Assembly (NCBI GenBank): GCA_051453625.1
Contig: JBOZIK010000001.1
Coordinates: forward strand, 47,071,378 to 47,102,667
Length of the DNA: 31,290 nt
Direction of reading: 5' to 3'
Origin: Welwitschia mirabilis
Lineage: Eukaryota
Shown: positions 1 to 12,702 of the stretch, one piece after another
Layout: every line of letters begins with the position of its first letter
How positions within the stretch are numbered: the first letter of the stretch is position 1
Made by a program: the position numbers and the translations under genes
The notes under the pieces: model-generated
What the model was told of the DNA's origin: nothing
The model's input: only the letters and a program-made list of their open reading frames with translations
The model's database searches: none

Positions 1-800
1 AATTCCATCCACCTACTTATCTCCTGCACTTTCACCCAGCACATGAAGATGATGAAGAAAAAGAAAAGGAAAGGCATTCGCCATCCCAGAGGCGAGTGAA
101 AGCTCCAGATGTTATCGTCAATAAAATGTGTGAATGACATCACGCTTGTTTGCTTTGTTTCTTTCTTATTCTGCTTTGCTTTCCGCACAGGCTACGGGCC
201 GGCCACCGAAGGACTACAATTCTGCAACCCAACCCAGCCCAGCTCAGCCAAGTACAGTCTCACTTCTCCGAGCATTCATCCCAAAACGCCATTTCAAACG
301 CGCAACGTAATCCTTTTCTTAAGGCAAGTATACGGACCGGCTCCAGTTTTGTTCTTCTCTGTTGTTTTAGTTGCCAACCTTGGCTGCAAGTGATTTCTGA
401 AGAAAGTGTCGACACGGCAGATACAGAGACTGTAGAGACGCCAGTGACGGAAGATACCCATTGGAGAAACTTCCAGAAACGGTTAAAGCAATCCCACTGC
501 AAAGTGAGCTTGCAGAGTTACTGCCCTCTGAAATATTAAAATCGTAGTCAAGTCGTAATAATAAATAAACAAAGAAACACGCGCGTCTGAGAATGGTTAC
601 CATTGGAAAATATGTGCGGCCACTTGGAAAATCTTCTGAAAATCTTGTATATCAACTGATATAACGTTAATGGCTGAATTTGCTTTGCTCGAAGAAATCA
701 TTGGTTTTGCATTCGACTAATTTGGTTCGACCACTTCTTTTCCACGCACTACCTAAGTTAAATCAAAATCCGCATCACCACTGATATCATTTGACCATTA
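1..800. promoter_or_regulatory. CpG-retaining, non-repetitive-looking segment; possibly promoter/UTR/intron of a gene lying outside the window
   Basis: Many intact CG dinucleotides (e.g. ccgcacaggctacgggccggccaccg; cacgcgcgt at ~578-586), unlike the CpG-depleted TE DNA that follows. Acceptor-like polypyrimidine+CAG ending at 190. No recognisable protein in the short ORFs. Confidence 0.3.
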
Positions 801-987
801 TTAAAATATTAAATATATAAATATAAAATTCTCCTCATTGTTACATCATCCTTTTATTATGTATTTTTGATTCTTGTCCCGGAGGAGCTCCCTCACCAAT
901 ATCAACTTTGATACTTAGAATATACTCAACTTTAGCCTTGCAAATAAAAACAATGTTGGATATACTGTAAATAGTAATTTGATATGA

Positions 988-1043
988 ATGTTTTATCAAA
1001 AACTTCTATAATACATGTTTTATCAAAAACTTCTAAAATACAT
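988..1043 (+). repeat. Tandem duplication, 27-bp unit x2
   Basis: atgttttatcaaaaacttcta(t/a)aatac at 988 and 1015. Confidence 0.9.
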
Positions 1044-1059
1044 ACAGTAGGGGATCTCC

Positions 1060-1260
1060 TTTGACAAGACAAGATTTAAGAAAACGACAAAGTACATCGT
1101 AAAAGTAATAATGCAAAATCTGTTTTGATCTTTTTGACAAGAAGATTTAAGAAAACAACAAAGTACATTAGTAAAGTAATAATGCAAAATTTACTTTTGA
1201 TCTTTCTTTGACAAGAAGATTTAAGAAAACAACAAAAGTAATAATGCAAAATTTACTTTT
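1060..1260 (+). repeat. Tandem repeat, ~73-74-bp unit x3 (third copy internally deleted)
   Basis: tttgacaaga(c)aagatttaagaaaac..aaagtaataatgcaaaat starts at 1060, 1133 and 1207. Confidence 0.9.
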
Positions 1261-1405
1261 TAACATACTTCATAACAAGAATTGTTTTCCATTTCTAACT
1301 ATTATTTTTTAGTTAATTTTTAATTTATAATTTATATGGATAAGAATAATTAATTAAAAGTAACTTTATTAACCAAACTTGAAAATAACTAATCTTAAGA
1401 AGAGA

Positions 1406-1572
1406 ACAAAATTTCCAATCTTAGAAATATGAGTCTTCTCTGATTTTGTTTTAGGTTTCTTTCTGTTTCTCCATTAACATAAATGACTACAAAATTTCCA
1501 ATCTTAGAAATATGAGTCTTCTCTTGATTTTGTTTTAGGTTATGCTTTATGTTTCTCCATTAACATAAATGA
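1406..1572 (+). repeat. Tandem duplication, 83-bp unit x2
   Basis: acaaaatttccaatcttagaaatatgagtcttctc...ccattaacataaatga at 1406 and 1489. Confidence 0.9.
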
Positions 1573-1700
1573 TCATAAATTACAATATAAATTAACCTTG
1601 ATGCAAAAGTAAAGCCTGTAAACTAATATTGTAGTAGAACCTAATATTGTCATAGAATGTACTTCAAATTATAGAATTCATATTACTAATTCATGAGAGT

Positions 1701-1912
1701 AACCTTTTCATCAGTATTTTGAAATAGATATTAAAGGAGGAAAAGAAACTATGAAATAAAGAGAATTTTTTTTGCTCCTCTTGAATTAACTAATAATAAT
1801 TAAATAAACCTTTTCATCAGTAATTTGAAATAGATATTAAAGGAGGAAAAGAAACTATGAAATAAAGAGTAATTTTTTTGCTCCTCTTGAATTAACTAAT
1901 AATAATTAAATA
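1701..1912 (+). repeat. Tandem duplication, 106-bp unit x2
   Basis: aaccttttcatcagta.tttgaaatagatattaaaggagg...taataataattaaata at 1701 and 1807. Confidence 0.9.
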
Positions 1913-1959
1913 ATAATTAAACCAATAAATGAAGATTATAAATCATCTTCCCATTAACA

Positions 1960-4290
1960 GATTCATGTTCCTCTTGAATGAAAGTAAATTGGGGAAATTC
2001 TTTCCCCTACTCAAATAATTTTTCTTAAAGTGGTTTTCAAGTTCTCCACTTTTAAATCTATAATGGAATTTGCTTTGAAGTTTTAAAGTACTAACTATTC
2101 TAGTAAAGGTAGGATAAAAGGATCTACTTCATCTAATAGAGGGTTCAAAAAGCTTCAAATTTTTAGCATTAATAACTATAATTTCTCATATTTTAGTAAT
2201 TCCAATTCAAAAGCATTTTCTTCTATTTTCTCAAATTTTTAACTAATCCATACTAAATTAATTTTATATTTTTATTTTCATCTTTCTAGTGCTCTACAAA
2301 ACCATATGAGATCTCTAGCTTAAGAGAACATGATACATGATGTTGTCATGATGATGTTTATATACTGGGAATGCTATGCACATCCTTTTGCACTTTATGT
2401 AAAAAGGTAAGTAAATAAAAAAATAAATGAAGAAGGGAAAAAATAAATAATTATAATTCTTCCTTAAGTATTATCATCACTAATCACAAACTTCATGTTA
2501 GAAAGAATTTAAGGTAAGTAGTTAATAGACATTTTAAATGGATATTTCTTCATGGGATTTTGTATAAATTCTTTATAGTTATTAAAGATATGACATTTAT
2601 GGAATTTCATACATTTTGTTGTAGTCAAATTGAAGACATAGTATTCAAATGTTTGAAATTGTATCTTATAGAAGATGTGTTAAGGTTTTATTTGGAACTT
2701 TTATTTATCTATCTATTTACGAATGAAAGAATGGTCATTTTCAATTTTGTATCCATCATTTCCCATAAGGTTTCTAAAAATTCCTTCAAATATGACACAA
2801 AAGGAAAGTTCCAGTGCTTTCAAATCTATAGAAAATTATATTTTCTTATAATTTTATTTTAATAAGGGATGATACTAATCACTTTATTAAATCTATTTAC
2901 TCTTATAAAAAAATAATCATNNNNNNNNNNGTACACTTCTTAGAAAGTACATAAATACTTTTGCATGGTCTGCTACTATTTGTAAAACCACAACTTTTCT
3001 TTCAAAGGTTTTGATATATTAGATAATTCCCTACAAAATTTAGGAACAACATTCTATATTTTCCCCCAATAGAATACATTTCTAAATTTAGTGTATCTTC
3101 TCAACTTTAAGGCATCCCTGACTTGAAAATATCTACTTTAAATATTTAAAAATCTATTTGTTTGCTATAATACATAGTTGCTATCCTTAATATAATAAAT
3201 CATTTTTTAATGTAAAGTAATGAGGACAACCTTTAGATGACTTGTTTAAGAGTTCTACAGAATACTCATTAGCATAGTGAAAATTAGTATACTAGTCATA
3301 AATTAGTTATTGTATCATCATAATTGTAAGCAGTAGAGTAGTTTATCTTGATAACATATCATCCATCTTATTAATAATACATTATGTATATTTACTTAAC
3401 AAGTTAAAACCTTTTTAAACCAGAATCCACTTTGTGTTCCTAGCTTACTATAATTTAAATTGACTTTTCTAAAATTAAAGAGGTTTATATTAGTATGCAC
3501 TACCACCTTCCTTCTTAGTAAGTGTGTTGGTTAATGTTTCATCTCTTAGGTTAGTTTTGGCTGCTCTCGACCATGTGAATGCCATGTATCATTTGAGCAT
3601 GAAAGTCAAGGTGTATCGTATGCACTGTTATGATGAAGTGCAAACATTTCCTTATCATTAATGCGATAATTAATAACTAAACCATTGAATAATTCTAATT
3701 TATATACGACATGGTTTTTATCTAGAGTAACACTCTTGCTACATATGTTGATGCATCTTTTTCAATTTCAAAATATTTCTAGAGATTTAACAATTGTAAA
3801 GCATGAGCTATAAATATCTTCTTTAAAAGCTAAAATTTATCTTAATATTTTCTTTAATAGGTCTTATCAAAGAATGCAAAGGTATTCTCATTTAGAAAAG
3901 ATCTCTAATAAATTTCTTAATATATTTACATGCTTTCATAAAACATCTTAGCTCAATCATCATTTTTGAACTTAGCCATTCTAGCATGACTTTAATCTTC
4001 AATGTATTAATTTGGATTTATCCATTTCCTACCATAAATCACAGACATTAAAGACTACTTTCTAAATTAAAACATTTTTTAATTAAAATTTACTTAGTAT
4101 TCCTATTAGTTGCTTAGTATCGTTTCTACATGTTCAGAATGTTCTTTCTAACTTCCACTTAATATCAATATATTCTATAGATATTTAATCATAACATTAT
4201 TAAGAAAATGTTTTAGCACCTCATTCATAAATTGCATAAAGGATGCTAGTATGTTACTAATGATGTGCATTTTCATTTCAAACAAGTGAA
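1960..4290 (-). pseudogene. Highly decayed Ty3/gypsy pol relic (RT-RNase H-integrase order; CRM/chromovirus-like)
   Basis: Manual minus-strand translation across stops and frameshifts gives: SNILASFMQFMNEVLKHFLNNVMIKYL*NILI (cf. SNAPATFMRLMNEVLRPF..VIVYLDDILI); FEIEKDASTY (ETDAS); NYRINDKEMFAL; KWILV*KGFNL..NKMDDMLSR; SRPCKSI; ETLWEMMDTKLK; EKIEENAFELEL and VINAKNLKLFEPS. Confidence 0.85.
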
Positions 4291-5639
4291 CTTTCTATTC
4301 TTTTCTTTACAAGGTTTTTCACAATTTATGTTGTGTGAGCATGAAAATAGTTAAATTGTGATCATTTAAAACTTTTTAGAGAATTTTTAGTAATCATGCT
4401 TAAAGCCAATAATGATGAGTTAGAGAAAGGATGTAAGGAGGGATTGTGGAAAGATGGAAAACTCATGAAATCATTCTTTGAGTCATCATATGATTATATG
4501 AGATCTTGTTAATGAGCTTGATCACATAATGCAAACCCTTTTGATGATATAGAATTACTTTTAATGGTGATTTATATGGTAGTTATGCTTATCAAGGAAT
4601 ATTTCTATGTGATCAAGATGACATCTAAAAGTTCCTCTAATGTTTATATGACATCTACATAATAGCTAAGATTCTAGTAATGATCCAAGATTCTTATGAC
4701 ATGTTTCAATGGTTTTCAACCTTATGATAATGTCAAATTTGTTTATTTTTCATGTTTGGCTTAAGTATTAAAATTGAACTTGGAAAATTCTCATATGATT
4801 ATTAAATTAAAAATTAAAGAACTAAAAAAAAAAGAAAATAGAAAAACCTAAGTGGCTTATAAGTTGTCAAAATGACCAAAAAGGAGGTTTTGGAACCTTA
4901 AAATAGTACTACCTCGCTCTTAGTTTTTCTAAAATATATGAATAAATCTTAGACCTTTTCTCTAAAAATAACTTCATACTCAAGCCATTTAATCACTTGT
5001 GGAGCCTATCTTCTATCGATTGCTTTAGTTTTAGAGAACACCAGACAATTTCAACAAAAAATTATACCAGTTTTTATCTACTTTCTCACCTGATAACATC
5101 ATTCCTCATAACTTTAATCCACTCACATATCATTTCCACTAATAAAAGGTTTTAGAAGATTCAAGAAAGAATGATTTTACTAGTTTTAAGGCATTTTGGG
5201 GCTAAGCATTTGGATGATTCCACACTAATAAAAACATATTATTATCACTTTTTTAAATTTATATATTCATTTTATAGCATTTTATTTTAGGTTTTTTTAT
5301 ATGTATGCTAAGAATGTTTATCATTTTTAAGAGTTTATCCTGCTTTTTTATTAAGGTTTCAGCATTGAGACAGAAGTAGATGACAATGTTTCTTAGTTTT
5401 GCATGAGACTACAATTTATATTAGACTATTTGAAATAGAAGTGCAATAATTTTAATGTAAGCTTTTGAGAATATTATAATTCTTATTAATTTATCTTTTC
5501 TTTCTATCATTTTTATTGTAAATTATCACCTTTGATAACAAAATGTGGCTGAATTAATTTTAAATCTTATATAATTTTTTATTTGGATTTATATAAATGT
5601 ATTTTTAATATTTAAATTATTTTTTATTTTTATATCCTT

Positions 5640-6130
5640 AAAAAACTTTTTGTTGCTAATTTTTTAACCTCTTTTGGATGAAAAACGATAGTTTTAAATA
5701 TGTATCTTGCCTATGACTTTAGAAAAACCCTATGAAAGCCTCCTTAGATATATGCCTTTTTAAACATCTTGTTCAATTTATTGAAATTTTTCATCAAGGG
5801 ATATTTTCTTGTTAATTCTTATGAAAGTCACATTAGGACTTCTTTCTAGTTTATACCTTTACTTAGACAAAGTTTCTATTTGCAATATTTCATATAGTCT
5901 AAATTTTTTATACCCTTTTTAAATCAAATCATGGTTCTTTTTATAAATTAATATTTGAATTCATAATTATTTTTTAACATTTCCAAAAATCTAAATACTT
6001 TTTCTTACATGTCAATTTATTAATATTTTCATCTAAATCAAGCCTACAGGGTGTTCTTTTTGCATGTTCTACTTAACATGTTTTACCTTAGTTTGGTTTC
6101 ATATTTCTAAATCTAGTACTTTATACAAAA
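5640..6130 (+). pseudogene. Possible very old non-LTR (LINE) RT relic
   Basis: Weak but colinear motif echoes: LEKPYE (cf. DLEKAYD), FLVNS...LLRQSFYLQYFI (cf. GLRQGDPLSPYLFI), FLHVNLLIF (cf. FADDLLIF), then a frameshifted ISKSS. Very degraded. Confidence 0.3.
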
Positions 6131-6639
6131 CATTAAGCATATTTTTTTCTTATTAAACTTATCTTGTGCATTTATAAATGTTATAAAATGATTATTATAA
6201 AATCTTACACTCGTATTCTAAAGTTTGTATCATGCCTTATCATAAATTAGAAGTTAGATTTTACAAAATTATAATATATTTTTAGTTTGTTTAAGCATAC
6301 CTAACCACATTAAATATTTTTACTAATTAATATTCATTATTATCAATTTATCAAAACATAAATAAAATTTAATTTACATGAATTACTTAATAATTATATC
6401 ACTTCTTATGTGAAAAGTGAAAAATTAATATTTTTAAGTTAACACTATAATTTTTTTGAAAAAAGTATGCATATTAAACTAGAAAATGAACATCGAGGTG
6501 GAAAATGCCAGGGAATAATAGGAAAACTGAACTGTTCATAAAAGGGAAGTAGTCTACTAGTTGGTAAAGAGAGACTTGAGTAACAAACCAAAATGGGGGC
6601 GAAACCGTTCCTCGATGACATAGTCACAGGAATCTGCCT

Positions 6640-8050
6640 ATCTAGTATCACAAAACACATGTAGAAAATAGACAAAAGGAAACATAGAACTATTAACAAA
6701 CAGGGGAAAAATGGCCCCTTGAGATCAGAAGTAACAGAAAACTTAGTTTTATAGGGAAATAGACATGAATGGGGAGGATTACAGTCCTCTACAAAATGGG
6801 AATGTGTTCCCATGGTTATGTTCAAGGAGAAATCTACCTAGATCATCTGAGAGGAATTTAAATGCTTGATTTATCTCCTTAAATTCTTTAGCACTTACTG
6901 GATTTTTGTCTGAGTGAAGACGAAGAGCTTTCTTCCTGTAGTTTGATTTTATGGCCTAGGATAGGGTTATGTGTAAGAGCTCCAATGTGATGAAGGGGCA
7001 CATCTTCAACCCCTGAATGGTTGCTAGCAACACCTCTTGTCTAGTTGCATTTATGTCAATGTCTTTTTGAGGTTGATGTTATATTTCCACTGATGAAGAA
7101 TTAGAAGTAGAGCTCTAAGCAGAGCTAGGACCTGAGGTTGGAGTAGGGGAGGGTTGAGCATACCTACCTTGCTCCTAAGAATTGGGTGACGGTTGAGTTT
7201 GAGCTGGCTCCTGGGCTGTGTTGGAAAGGTGTTTTTCAGGTGTCTTCTATTGGGATGGGGATGAAGACGATTCCCCTGAATGACTTGGGGACAAAGGCAC
7301 CCCCTTTTTGCTGGGGCTGGCTTGCACAACAGTTTTCTCTAGAATAGGGTTCCTATCAGAAGAGGTTCTTCTTGTAGAGATTCTCCTAGGGAAAGTCTTA
7401 TGAGGATGATGACAGGGTTGGGAGGAGGGGATTCTCTCTTACCCTAGCTTCTTGTGCTACTCTCCAAAGAGCTAGGATTAATCCTGAGTACCTTAAGAAA
7501 TCCTTTCATTTAAGAACTTGAATGAAAAATAATGGCAGATTTACGTGATGTTCCAAGTCAAGAGCTTTAAGGAAAGCAAAATGACTATCTGAAAGCTTGG
7601 AGAAATTCTTTAATTGAATGAAGTAATGGTCTAGGATTTCTACACCTAGTCCCCAAGGGGGTGGTAATGCCTTCCTGCTGATGTGTCCGCTAGACAATTT
7701 AGGAAGCTTACAAGGGAAGAAATGGAGAGCTTCATGTTGCCCTCTACTTACAAACGGAATCCGCTTGCCTTTTGCGAGGATCTCTAATAGCCTGGAGAAG
7801 AAGTCTTCAGAGATTTCTATTGAAGTTCTTTATAGTGGTGCATCCTCCTCTCCATCGCCTTTAGAAGGGTGCAATATCAGTCCCCTTGTCTCATCTCAAC
7901 TTATGCAAAAGGGATTTCCACTCCACTACCTGTATTTTCTCCTATAGAGTAGGGCATCCTTCGAAGAGGCCTAGATTAGAAGGCTCAATAGTTGGAGTTG
8001 CTCCCATTACAATTTTGATTTGGAAATAAAGGTGAATAATCCTCCTTGCT
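6640..8050 (-). pseudogene. LINE copy A extra coding region (ORF3 or ORF2 extension): transposon-accessory domain + S/P linker + J-domain + hydrophobic tail
   Basis: IEISEDFFSRLLEILAKG...GHISRKALPPPWG...HFAFLKALDLEHHVNLPLFFIQVLK...SGLILAL, then an S/P/Q-rich linker, then KSNYRKKALRLHSDKNPVSAKEFKEINQAFKFLSDD. Codon-wise conserved with copy B. Confidence 0.8.
6821..7000 (-). pseudogene. DnaJ/Hsp40 J-domain coding segment in LINE copy A
   Basis: CPFITLELLHITLS*AI/KSNYRKKALRLHSDKNPVSAKEFKEINQAFKFLSDDLGRF matches the J-domain consensus (Y.vLG....as..eIKkAYRklAl.lHPDKNp....e.FkeIneAyevLSD). HSD at 6908-6916. Confidence 0.88.
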
Positions 8051-9855
8051 CTATATCTAGAAAAGGGTAGGGGGCATTATTGAAAATCAGATTTTTTCTG
8101 ATCCACTAAATCTTCCAAAAAGTTAGGTGGATCCCATCCAATAAATGCATGTCAGGGGTGTTACAGGTGTGGAAGTACTTTATCATTATGGAGATTAATT
8201 CCTTGCTCCAAACGCATTGATGAAAAAGATGTTGTATCGGTTCTGGATTAGACTGGCAGATGGGACAGTTAGGGTCTACTTGAAATCCCCTTTTGAGTAA
8301 TTAGTCTCTTATTAAAATTCTTTGATGGTCTTTTAGTTAACAAAAAACCTTATTTTTTTTTTTTTTTGGGAATCTGTCCCTTCCAATACTTCTTATAACC
8401 ATCCTGTTTTCCATACTTCTTTATAAGAATCTGCTTGGTTGAATTAGTCTGATAAATGTTCAAGTCTATGAGTTGTTAGAGAGCTTTGCTGAGATGCTTT
8501 CTTAAATAGGACTCCTCATGATCAATTATCTAATCTCTATATTTGTAGTTAATCAAATCGCACCAGGGTTGACCTCCTTCTTACAGTCTCTTTAGGATTC
8601 TATTTGTTCTAGTGACTATACAGCCTTCGGGTTTTTGAATCCCCCAACCTTCTGATTTCTTTGGGTGAGCAATAATCTTCCATTTACAGAAATGAATTTG
8701 GTGGTGATCCTTTTCTTTTGATCAAATAAAGTCATTTAAGATCCTGTTGATTTTTTATATGATATGTATTAAGGAGCGATAATGAAAGCTATGTACTGAA
8801 AGGATGAGATTAGATAGGAGTTTGTGAGAATAATTTTAGCCTTCAAGGAGAGAAAGTTATTTTGCTAGGAGTTGCACTGCATTTGAATGGATTCCAATAT
8901 GTAATTCCAGGTATTTGTCTTGTGCCAATTTCAAAGAGGGATACCTAGGTAAATATCTTGTAGGTCTTTTAACTTTATACTCAGGATTCAGGTGATTTCA
9001 CCTCATCTGATACATTTTCTATCCAAAGTGTGTATTCTTGATTTATTCTAATTAGTGTAAAGCCCTGTTGCCTCTGCAAAGATGTTCATGGAATTTTTAA
9101 TTACTTTTGTTTACTAACATAAAGGCCTGGTCATGATCATGGTATCATCTGCATAGTTATTGTTGAGAAAGGTTTGGCCTCCAATTCTAATTCTTGTAAC
9201 TTCATTCCTTCTTAAGAAAATCTATAATGAATTCATTATAAACAGAAAAAGGTATGGGAATTGGGGGTCCCCTTGTCTCAAATCTCTTCCTACTGAGAAG
9301 AAATTTGATCTATGATTATTGACCTTCAACTAAATTTAGCGGAAGCCTGCATGTCTAGCCAGAGATTAATAATATCTTGAGAGAAGCCTGTTTTTCTAAG
9401 AATACACTCTAAAGCTTGCCAACTAACAGAATTGTAAGCTTTAGCAATATCTAGTTTAGCAATAAGGAGAGGGAATTTGTATTTTTTAACAGAGTGAATG
9501 ATCTCATGAGTCAAGAGGATTTGGTCTTGGATATACCTGGATTGGATGAAGCCGGCTTGGTTCTCTGAAATCACATTGGGAAGCAGGGGGGCGATTCGGC
9601 CAACCATGATCTTTGCAAAAATTCTGTAAATGACGTTACAAACATCTAAAGGCCTAAAATCCTCTGGTTTGCTAGCATCCCTTTTTTTCGGTATGAGTAC
9701 CACTCTAGTTCTGTTCATTTTCCTAGGGATCCGTCTGTTGTGAAAGACTTCCTGCATTGCATCATGGAGGTTATCCCTTAGGATGGAGAAGTGGGATTTA
9801 AAAAGTTTGACTGGCCAACCATTAGGGCCAGGGGCTCTATTATTCTTCATGGATC
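8007..9855 (-). pseudogene. LINE copy A ORF2 fragment: reverse transcriptase + C-terminal zinc finger (zf-RVT type)
   Basis: DLRQGDPQFPYLF, NNYADDT, YLGIP, KRGFQVDPNCPICQSNPEPIQHLFHQC, FWKI*WIRKNLIFNN; multiple stops and frameshifts. Confidence 0.92.
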
Positions 9856-9955
9856 NNNNNNNNNNNNNNNNNNNNNNNNNNNNNNNNNNNNNNNNNNNNN
9901 NNNNNNNNNNNNNNNNNNNNNNNNNNNNNNNNNNNNNNNNNNNNNNNNNNNNNNN
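9856..9955. other. Assembly gap (others at 2921-2930, 10899-10908, 12917-13016, 27138-27364)
   Basis: N runs; true lengths unknown. Confidence 0.99.
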
Positions 9956-9959
9956 AATA

Positions 9960-12650
9960 TGATATGTTTAGCTTTCTTTCTTTCCAAATTTCATTAGGGG
10001 TTTTATCCATACTTACTCTTAGATAAACTTTATTGATAATGTAGCATGCAGTACTTACTGCTTCAGTCTAAAAAGTTTTAGGTACTTCCTTATCATTTAG
10101 CATCATTCTTATCATCTCTTGAAGGACTCAGATTTTCCTTTATATAATTCCATTTTGTTTTGGAGTTTTTGGGGCTAAAAAATAATGTTCTATACCATTG
10201 TCCACATAATATTTCTCAAAAAGATGATTTTCAAATTCTCCTTCATGATCGCTTAAATCTTTTTAATAGTGTATCCCTTTTTATTTTGGATTCTGTTATA
10301 GATTTCAACATAATGTTTGAAGGTTTCAGATTTATTTCATAAGAAAGAAATTCAAGTAAATCTAGAAACGTCGTCCACTATAGTCAAAACATGTCATTTT
10401 TCTCCTATACTTTTAGTTTTGGTTGGACCCGCTAAGTCCATGTGAATGAGTTCAAGTGGCATTGTTGAAGAGACCAAGTTTTTACTTTTATGAAAGGTCC
10501 TGACTTGTTTTTCTTTTTGATAAGCATCGCATAACTCATGCATATCAATATTGATCTTAGGGATTTTTTTCACAATCTTCTTTTTAATGATGATTTTAAG
10601 ATGGTCATAGTTTACATGTCCTAACTATTAGTACCATAATTCTTCTTGATTTATATGATAAAAATAACAAGCAAACAAAGATTAATCAATACTATAAATG
10701 TTGTTTATTCTATTTGGTTTAAGAAGAATATCATTTGTTTTACTATATCTAACTTCACATTTTTTACTATCAAAAATAATTGTATGACCTTTATTACCAA
10801 TCTGACTAGTACTCAGTAACTTATGTTTAAGAACATTCATATATAAAACTTCATTAATTTTAAGCATGTTACCTCCACCATGCTTTAAGTGCCTTCTANN
10901 NNNNNNNNCTTTGAAAGTTACTTATCTTTATCAAAATCGTCCAAATGTTGGAATCTTAATTTATCATCTATCATGAGCTAAGAACATCCATTATCCATGT
11001 GCCAGTAACTTCTATTTGATAATTTAAAAGCGATTTAAATCAGTAAACTTTTCAAATTATCATCCCTTGCTTACTTAGTTCTTGTAGACTATTGTAGTAT
11101 ACATTTCCTTAGGATAGATTTAAATGGAAAATTACTAATAAAGTTTGCAAAGGCGTCATATTTCTAAAATTACAAAATAATTTTGAATGACATGTCTTTT
11201 CAAACAAATGACACATAATCTTTAGCATAGAGTTATTTTGCCAAATTACCTTATCCAACTAATTTTGTGGTTTTTGAGAGATAAAACTAATAAATTTTTT
11301 GTCATGAATTGATCTTCATATTCCAAGATTTTTTTCTAATTTACTTGAACTATTATAAAATTTATTTACAAAATGAGGTAAGCTTTTTACCTCTTGAGAT
11401 AGTTTGGTTTTTTCTGTTTGAACCATCTTTTATGTTCCCTCTAACTCTTCCTTTTCCTTGTTTAGGGCCTTTACTATCTTTTTTAACTCATTGGTCTGTT
11501 TTACCAGCTTTTCACATATAGAATAGAGATCTTAATAAGTATCTTCTATCTCTTTTTAACCTTCTTCAATAGGGTCTAAATCATCTAGTTCAGTTGAACA
11601 TGATATGTTTTTCATGGGAAGGATTATTGCCATGAAAGAAAGTTTTCTATCTCCATTTGATTCTTGACTTGAGCTATTGTCTTCTTCTTCATTTACATTA
11701 TTTTAGATGGTGATGAAGGATGATGTCCTGAATTTCATTTGATCTTTTCTATTATATGCACATTCATTTACAACATGTCCATATCCCTTACACGCATAGC
11801 ATTGGATCACCTTTTTGTTTTTTGAATCTCTTCTTTGCTTGGACTGATTCCTCCTTAGTTCCTTCCTTGGTTCACCATCTTTCTTTCTTCTGTATAAGAA
11901 TTTTTTAAATCTTCTTATTAATAGATCAACTTCATCTTTACTAATGTCTTTATCTGACTTTGCAAATCTAGACTCTTTCTACATACTTTTAATGTAAGAC
12001 TTTTCTTTTTATCTTTAGGAAACTTTAACTCATAAGTTTGAAGATTACCTCATAGTCCTTTTAGTATCATTTGATTGATGTTTTTATTTTCTTCTATAGT
12101 TATGACCTTTGGTTCAAATTGTTTTAGAAGAAATCTTAGTACTTTTCATACTAACTTTTCTTCATTCATTGTCTTGCCTAGACTTGTTATAGAGTTTACT
12201 ATGTTTATTAGCCTAATACAGAATTCTTGCAGAATCTCTTCTTCTTTCATGCAAATATTTTTAAACTTAGAAATAAGCATTTGTAGCTTTGCTTATTTTA
12301 CAATGGATGTTCCTTTGTGTGCAATTTCAAGTATATTTTAAGCTTTCTTGACAAGTTAGCAGTTTAGATCCTTTTGAATTCATCTGCACAAACTACACAA
12401 AAAATAACGTTAAGAGCACAGGTATGGTTGTTTTGACTTTGTCAGTAGGATTCTATTAGTCTCGATATCTTTTAAAAACTAGGTAATTCTGTTACTATTA
12501 ATTTTAATTAGTGTAGAAATAGATAACCTCCTTTATGTCTACATCTAAACATCTAAGAAAGATTCTCATTTAGACATTCTAGTAAGCATGGTTAGTTCCA
12601 TCAAATATGGATGATCTTCTAGTAGAGATTCCATCAGTAGGATTACTCAT
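9960..12650 (-). pseudogene. Decayed copia gag-pol (gag, CCHC knuckle, protease, GAG-pre-integrase, integrase core)
   Basis: MSNPTDGISTRRSSIFDGTNHAY*NV*MRIFL at 12650; CYACKGYGHVVNEC 11760-11801; WHMDNGCS*LM (cf. WYLDSGCSRHM) ~10970-11005; ELWY**LGHVN; LELIHMDLAGP..TIVDDVSRFT; APKTPKQNGI. Confidence 0.9.
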
Positions 12651-12702
12651 GGTTGGGGTTCAGGAGCCAAAATCTATTAGGATATACAACTAACTCAACT
12701 AG

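Larger units (their letters stand above)
6451..9855 (-). mobile_element. L1-clade LINE, copy A (3' ~3.4 kb; 5' part runs into an assembly gap)
   Basis: RT ORF 9326-9850 (APGPNGW, FRPL..CNVIYRIFAKI, QAGFI, KLDIAKAYNSVSW) and YADD at 9144-9155. 3' end tttttttgaaaaaagtat.. matches the end of copy B. Colinear with 20126-23530. Confidence 0.95.

Noticed and set aside
109-603. Four overlapping short ORFs (78-129 aa)
   Set aside because: No recognisable motifs, mostly non-ATG starts, and they overlap on both strands; expected by chance in higher-GC sequence.
871-1070. Imperfect inverted repeat tcttgtcccggaggagctccct / aggggatctcctttgacaaga (possible MITE ends)
   Set aside because: Several mismatches, no TSD found, and the right arm overlaps a tandem repeat unit.
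988-1912. Repeats as a CRISPR-like array
   Set aside because: Head-to-tail duplications without unique spacers, in eukaryotic TE context.
2280-2400. VSCSLKLEISYGF on minus looked like a MULE/FAR1 SWIM finger
   Set aside because: It lacks the remaining Cys/His ligands and lies inside the colinear Ty3 integrase relic, which other frames explain.
4860-4895. ttgtcaaaatgaccaaaaaggagg resembles a Sirevirus PPT
   Set aside because: Too degraded; no LTR or coding sequence could be tied to it.
6821-7000. J-domain as a host DnaJ gene or processed pseudogene
   Set aside because: No G/F-rich or zinc-finger DnaJ regions follow. It sits at the same position inside two diverged LINE copies, upstream of their shared 3' end and within the TSDs of copy B.
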